The notes under the pieces are model-generated. The model was not told where the DNA came from. It did no database searches and was given only the letters and a program-made list of their open reading frames with translations. DNA of 29,107 bases, taken from the IMG/VR virus record IMGVR_UViG_3300037467_001726, positions 1-29,107 of that record; one strand, written 5' to 3'. Shown piece by piece: positions 25,069-29,107 of this stretch (its first letter is position 1; the number at the start of each line of letters is the position of its first letter). The stretch comes from a virus (lineage: Duplodnaviria > Caudoviricetes). The translations under genes were made by a program, and so were the position numbers.

Positions 25069-26216
25069 TGGCCCGGCCGCTCACTCCTGAAGACTGCGAC
25101 CTGCAGGACTTCCCCCGGATGATGATCGACATACCGCGCCTTCGTGGCTCGGCGTTCGACTCCACGCTGGACGACAGTGCGTGGCGGGCCGGGGTGAACC
25201 TGTGGATGGCCGCATGGCATCAGGTCCCAGCCGCGTCCCTGGACAGCGACGACGCGCAGCTTGCGAAGGCCGCCGGGCTCGGCCGTGACCTGAAGACGTG
25301 GCGCAAGCTGAAGGCCGAGGCGCTACGCGGTTGGTCGGTCTGCGACGATGGCCGGCTCTATCACCCGACCGTGGCCGAGTTCGCCCTTGAGGCGTGGATC
25401 GAGAAGCTCGGCCATCGCCTGTCGAGCGGCGCCGGGAACGCCAAGCGGTATGGGTCGACGTTCGACCCGTCGCCGATCTACGCCGAGATCAGGGCCGCGT
25501 CGGACCTCCTGCGCGCCCTCAACCCGAAGTCCCGGGCGCTCTCCAAGCAGCACGTTTTGAAGGGCGCGAAGGCGGACACCGAGACTGCCAGTGACACTCC
25601 CCCTGATGCTCCCACTGGGACACCCACCGAGACCCCGCCGGGATCGCAAGGGAAAGGGAAAGGGAAAGGGAATAAGAGAGAGAAGGATAAACCTTCTCTC
25701 TCAGCGCGCGGCGCTGCCGCGAGAGAGCGCAAGGCGAAGGGATCGGGTCGAAAGCCCGAGACCACGATCCCGGACGGCTATCCGGACGCCGAGGCCCTGA
25801 TCGCCGCGAAGGAGGTCGTCCTCGCCGCCGGCGTCGACCTGAACGTGGCAGAGCACGCCAAGCGGTTTCGCAGCCACGCTCTGGCGAACGACCGCCGCCT
25901 TCGGGACTGGCGCGCGGGGTTCGTGGCGTGGATCGAGATAGAGGCCGGAAAGGTAAAGGCAAAGCCCGCCGCGCCCGGCTCGCCCCTGCCCGAGTGGACG
26001 TTCCCCGGCCCCCCTGAGCTGTTCGCCGACATAGCCGCGAAGATGGGCGCCCCGTGGGCCCGGTCATGGCTGCGCCGTTGCACCTGGCAGGACGTGCCGC
26101 GCCGAGCCCTCGTCTCGTCCAACGATTTCGTCGTGGACACCATTCGTCGGGAAGTCGGGCTCGTCCTGTCCGCCCATGACGCAACCGTTCTGCTGAGCAA
26201 AGGAGAAGCTGCGTGA
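25068..26216 (+). CDS. Replication initiator (DUF1376/YdaU-like N-terminus)
   Basis: DCDLQDFPRM..WHQVPAASL..DD..LA..DGRLYHP; internal repeats; next to dnaB. Confidence 0.75.
   Translation: MARPLTPEDCDLQDFPRMMIDIPRLRGSAFDSTLDDSAWRAGVNLWMAAWHQVPAASLDSDDAQLAKAAGLGRDLKTWRKLKAEALRGWSVCDDGRLYHPTVAEFALEAWIEKLGHRLSSGAGNAKRYGSTFDPSPIYAEIRAASDLLRALNPKSRALSKQHVLKGAKADTETASDTPPDAPTGTPTETPPGSQGKGKGKGNKREKDKPSLSARGAAARERKAKGSGRKPETTIPDGYPDAEALIAAKEVVLAAGVDLNVAEHAKRFRSHALANDRRLRDWRAGFVAWIEIEAGKVKAKPAAPGSPLPEWTFPGPPELFADIAAKMGAPWARSWLRRCTWQDVPRRALVSSNDFVVDTIRREVGLVLSAHDATVLLSKGEAA
25584..25702. repeat. Putative replication origin inside initiator gene
   Basis: Five imperfect 12-bp repeats (25584-25643), GGGAAA run (25650-25672), perfect 11-bp inverted repeat GAGAGAGAAGG-ATAAA-CCTTCTCTCTC. 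Confidence 0.65.
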
Positions 26217-26398
26217 GTGACACCCTGTCCGAAGCGCTCGCCGAGTTCGAGATCACCCACGAGACGGGCGGACAGAACGACGGCCGACGCACCCTCCGTT
26301 TCGAAGGGGCATGCATCGGCCGCGCCGACGTGACCGAGGGATGGGCCCTTGTCGGTCTGCTGCGCTTCCTCCGCTCCACTCCCCCTCAGAGCGCCTAA
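26213..26398 (+). CDS. Hypothetical protein (61 aa)
   Basis: AAGGAG RBS; GTGA coupling. Confidence 0.6.
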   Translation: MSDTLSEALAEFEITHETGGQNDGRRTLRFEGACIGRADVTEGWALVGLLRFLRSTPPQSA

Positions 26399-26433
26399 GC
26401 GCCAAGCCCCCTGCATCATCGAAAGGAAATCGC

Positions 26434-26733
26434 GTGACCAGCCTGTCTCAAGCCCTCCGGGGCGAACTGCCGAGTTGGAAGGTGCTCCGGGCTTACGCCT
26501 TGGACCTCGCCCTGATGCTGTTCGGGGTCGTGGTGTTCGACCTGTTCTTCCGGTTCTACCCGCGAGCCGAACACCTAGGGGACAAGCTGCTGGCCTGCGG
26601 GATCGCCGCCTTCGGGCTCTGGCTGATCCGTGTCGGCGCCCGGATCGAGTACCGGGCCAAGCAGGACGAGCGGCTGAGCGAGGCCGTGAAGTCCGGCCGG
26701 GTCAAGGTCACGACCACCCCCAAGAGCGCCTGA
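26434..26733 (+). CDS. Two-TM membrane protein
   Basis: AAAGGA RBS, GTG start; two hydrophobic helices. Confidence 0.65.
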   Translation: MTSLSQALRGELPSWKVLRAYALDLALMLFGVVVFDLFFRFYPRAEHLGDKLLACGIAAFGLWLIRVGARIEYRAKQDERLSEAVKSGRVKVTTTPKSA

Positions 26734-26770
26734 TCGCCCTGTCCCGCATCATCGAAGGTCACCCCTCCCC

Positions 26771-27577
26771 ATGACCAAGAAAACCCGCAAGCGTCCCAAG
26801 ACCGGCCGCCCCCGCAAGGAGGGCGAACGCTACCCGGCCGGCAAGCTGAAGCCCCCGACGCCGAACCCGGTGACGCTCGCCCGTCGCCGTGCCCTGCTCG
26901 GCAACCAGGACGCCACCGCGGCCCAGTGCGCCAAGGCGGAGAACCCTCTCGACCTGATGCTCGAGCGTGGGTGGATCTCGGCCGGGCTCTACTCCGCCGG
27001 CCGCTGGTATCTGGGCCTGCATCAGCTCGCCAAGGTGGACATTCCCCACGTCGGCGCCGTGGACCTGAACCGCACGGCCCGGGGCGTGGATCACTCCCTC
27101 GGCGACCCCGAAGCGATGTCCCAGCTTCGCAGGGTATGGGACCGCCTCAAGGCCAACCCCGGCGCCGCGTCCGAGCTGTCCGACGTGGCCCTTCACGCCA
27201 AGTTCCCGGCTTGGGTCCTGTGGTGGGTGGACAACCCGCCGACCATGGTTGAGACCGAAACCGGCGAGCGCGTACCCTGCGCCGTTCGCCACCCCTTCGG
27301 ACTGCAGGCCGAGTGCTGCCCGGACACCACCATGCCGGCCCTGTTCGCCCTGCGCCGCAACGCTTTCCTCCGAGCCCTCCGCATGGTCCGGGAGGAGCAG
27401 ATCAGCACCAGGCCGGAGAGGACAAAGCCCGCCCCGGACTCCGCCGATCGCCAGCCCTACGCCGGGCCCAAGGTCGAGGAGACCGTGGTCTATGCCGACG
27501 AGGAAACAGGCGAGATCGTGCCGACCGAGTCCGAGCGTGGTATCCCGTTCGAGTTGGTGAGGAGGAGGCGGGCTTGA
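26771..27577 (+). CDS. Putative late-gene activator/antiterminator (Q position)
   Basis: GRPRKEGERYPAGKL; PLDLMLERGWIS..YSAGRWY; near end of early operon, before late promoter. Confidence 0.55.
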   Translation: MTKKTRKRPKTGRPRKEGERYPAGKLKPPTPNPVTLARRRALLGNQDATAAQCAKAENPLDLMLERGWISAGLYSAGRWYLGLHQLAKVDIPHVGAVDLNRTARGVDHSLGDPEAMSQLRRVWDRLKANPGAASELSDVALHAKFPAWVLWWVDNPPTMVETETGERVPCAVRHPFGLQAECCPDTTMPALFALRRNAFLRALRMVREEQISTRPERTKPAPDSADRQPYAGPKVEETVVYADEETGEIVPTESERGIPFELVRRRRA

Positions 27578-27795
27578 GCGGCTACGAGGACGTGATCCAG
27601 CAGGCGGCCCCGAAGCCTCACCTTGAGACCGCCTGCCCGGACTGCAACCGACACGTCATGGCCGTCCCGCAATCCGCCACCGGCTTCATTGCCGCCTGCG
27701 GTCGCCGGCTCACCCGGCTCTCGGAGTGCGGGGCCCCCGAGGGATGCCGCCGGGGCCTGGACGGCGAATCGGTGCTACCGGAGCCGCGCGCATGA
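27574..27795 (+). CDS. Small Cys-rich protein
   Basis: GAGGAGG RBS, TTGA coupling; CPDC..C..C..C. Confidence 0.6.
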   Translation: MSGYEDVIQQAAPKPHLETACPDCNRHVMAVPQSATGFIAACGRRLTRLSECGAPEGCRRGLDGESVLPEPRA

Positions 27796-28166
27796 GCGAC
27801 GCCGTCCTAAAGGCGATTATCGCCGAGTTCGAGCGACAAGCAGACCCGCCCAGCGGACCGCCCCCGTATGCGGACCTGAGCTATCCCGCCGACGCGGTCC
27901 TAGACGGCCGGTTCGACCTGACCAAACTCGCCGAGACGGTCGAGAGCGCGTGGGCGAGCCGACCACGCGAGTCTTTGGGCAAGACCTTCCAGAAGGTCGA
28001 TCTGATCTTTCCCGACATGGTCAACGCGCTGGACGCCAAGGCCGACCCGGTCGCCGACGTCCTGTCACTGGCGACCAATCCAGAAGCGCTGTGCGAACTC
28101 GCGCGAACCTTCCGGACGGCCTATCGCTCGCCAGTGGCGGAGCGTCCCGAGGAGGAGGTGCGCTGA
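27792..28166 (+). CDS. Hypothetical protein
   Basis: ATGA coupling; VLDGRFDLTKLA. Confidence 0.65.
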   Translation: MSDAVLKAIIAEFERQADPPSGPPPYADLSYPADAVLDGRFDLTKLAETVESAWASRPRESLGKTFQKVDLIFPDMVNALDAKADPVADVLSLATNPEALCELARTFRTAYRSPVAERPEEEVR

Positions 28167-28168
28167 GC

Positions 28169-28291
28169 ATGATCGAGACCGCAACGATAGCCTCCGCCGT
28201 CGTCACCTTCGCGGCGTGCGCCGTGGTGCTGTTCAACTGCGCTCGGATCGTCTGGTACGGCCTTCAGATCCGGCGCAACACCACCCCTTGA
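28169..28291 (+). CDS. Small membrane peptide (40 aa)
   Basis: GGAGGT RBS; single TM. Confidence 0.5.
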   Translation: MIETATIASAVVTFAACAVVLFNCARIVWYGLQIRRNTTP

Positions 28292-28316
28292 CGCCCAACC
28301 CCGGTCAAGCTACCAA
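28288..28316 (+). promoter_or_regulatory. Putative late promoter
   Basis: TTGACG-N15-GCTACCAA, resembles the Caulobacter housekeeping sigma consensus. Confidence 0.6.
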
Positions 28317-28342
28317 AAGTAGACGCTACAAGTAGCGCGTCA

Positions 28343-28375
28343 GAGAGCCCCGGTCCGAAACGGCCGGGGCTTTCG
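28343..28375 (+). terminator. Promoter-proximal terminator-like hairpin
   Basis: GAGAGCCCCGGTC-CGAAAC-GGCCGGGGCTTTC. Confidence 0.7.
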
Positions 28376-28576
28376 CGTATGCAGGCGGGCGTTCAGTTCG
28401 TTCCTCCCTCAGTTCGCGTTGAGTTCGGGCGGCCCGGTGACACGGTGAACCTCCCGGCCGTAGCCGGCCCTCGGGCTGTGCATCATGCGGGGGACATGGG
28501 AGTCCCCGCCCGGCCCGCCCGTCACCTCTCCCCACGCTCCGGGGTGCTAAAGGAGCGACCAGCCCGGAGACACCCC

Positions 28577-28684
28577 ATGCTCCTCCTCATCGGTGTATGC
28601 GTGGTCTCCGCCCTGCTCGGTGCGGTGCTCGGTATCGTCGGCCTCGCAGCTTGGGCCTGTCACTCGGTCCTGAACGGCAAGTGA
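28577..28684 (+). CDS. Small membrane peptide (35 aa)
   Basis: GGAG RBS; hydrophobic; GTGA coupling with HNH. Confidence 0.5.
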   Translation: MLLLIGVCVVSALLGAVLGIVGLAAWACHSVLNGK

Positions 28685-29016
28685 GACACGACAGCCGAAG
28701 CGCCGAGGCCCAGGGTTGGCGGCGTTGGTACTGGACCGGCAGATGGAAGGCGCTGAGAGCGGCACACCTCCGGGTCGAGCCCCTCTGTCGCCACTGTACG
28801 AAGCTAGGCCGAACGACCGCGGCGAACACGGTCGACCACGTCCGAGAACACAAGGGCGATCCCGCCCTGTTCTGGAACCCCACCAACCTCCAATCCCTCT
28901 GCAAGCCACACCACGACGCAGGGAAGCAGAGAGAGGAACGGGCCGGCTACTCAGGCGAGTGCGACGCCTCGGGATGGCCGACTGATCCACGCCACCCGGC
29001 GAACGCGCGGACCTGA
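28681..29016 (+). CDS. Packaging-associated HNH endonuclease
   Basis: EPLCRHC..VDHV..H.GD..NLQSLCKPHH..K; GWPTDPRHP. Confidence 0.92.
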   Translation: MRHDSRSAEAQGWRRWYWTGRWKALRAAHLRVEPLCRHCTKLGRTTAANTVDHVREHKGDPALFWNPTNLQSLCKPHHDAGKQREERAGYSGECDASGWPTDPRHPANART

Positions 29017-29059
29017 ACCGCTGCGAATGCGTCGCAACTGGCTCGCCATGCTGCACCTG

Positions 29060-29090
29060 CGAAGGGTGGGGGGTGGGTCGAAAGTCTATG
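29060..29090. other. Probable cos region
   Basis: GGGTGGGGGGTGGGTCGAAAGTCT G-run after HNH, typical position before terS. Confidence 0.45.
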
Positions 29091-29107
29091 CTGCAGTGCT
29101 CCGACAC

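Overview
GC-rich, fully phage-derived window: part of a temperate, lambda-like siphovirus of an alphaproteobacterium. A Caulobacteraceae-like host is inferred from a GcrA homolog, a GAAC-N7-GAAC SOS box and leaderless promoters. Gene order: tail module (tape measure C-terminus to tail tip), lysis cassette (holin, GH24 endolysin, Rz with embedded Rz1), metallophosphoesterase, two small solo genes, attP (3' half of tRNA-Arg(ACG) with Int arm repeats), integrase/xis, leftward early operon (accessory ORFs, C5 methyltransferase, RecT/RecE), immunity region (cI/cro with TGTGCA-N4-TGCACA operators), rightward early operon (CII-like, GcrA-like, OmpR-type wHTH, DnaB, replication initiator with ori), putative late regulator, late promoter/terminator, HNH and probable cos region. 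Phage genes on both sides of the tRNA fragment indicate the excised/virion (attP) form. The most unusual signals are: a dispersed, bidirectional, GANTC-associated GGACGGCTCGG element inside left-arm genes; a beta-subunit-like gene nested in the methyltransferase; a LexA-boxed leaderless Zn-finger gene abutting attP; a GcrA + CtrA-like regulator pair; and anti-Shine-Dalgarno hairpins. All family assignments come from motif recognition by eye, not from database searches.
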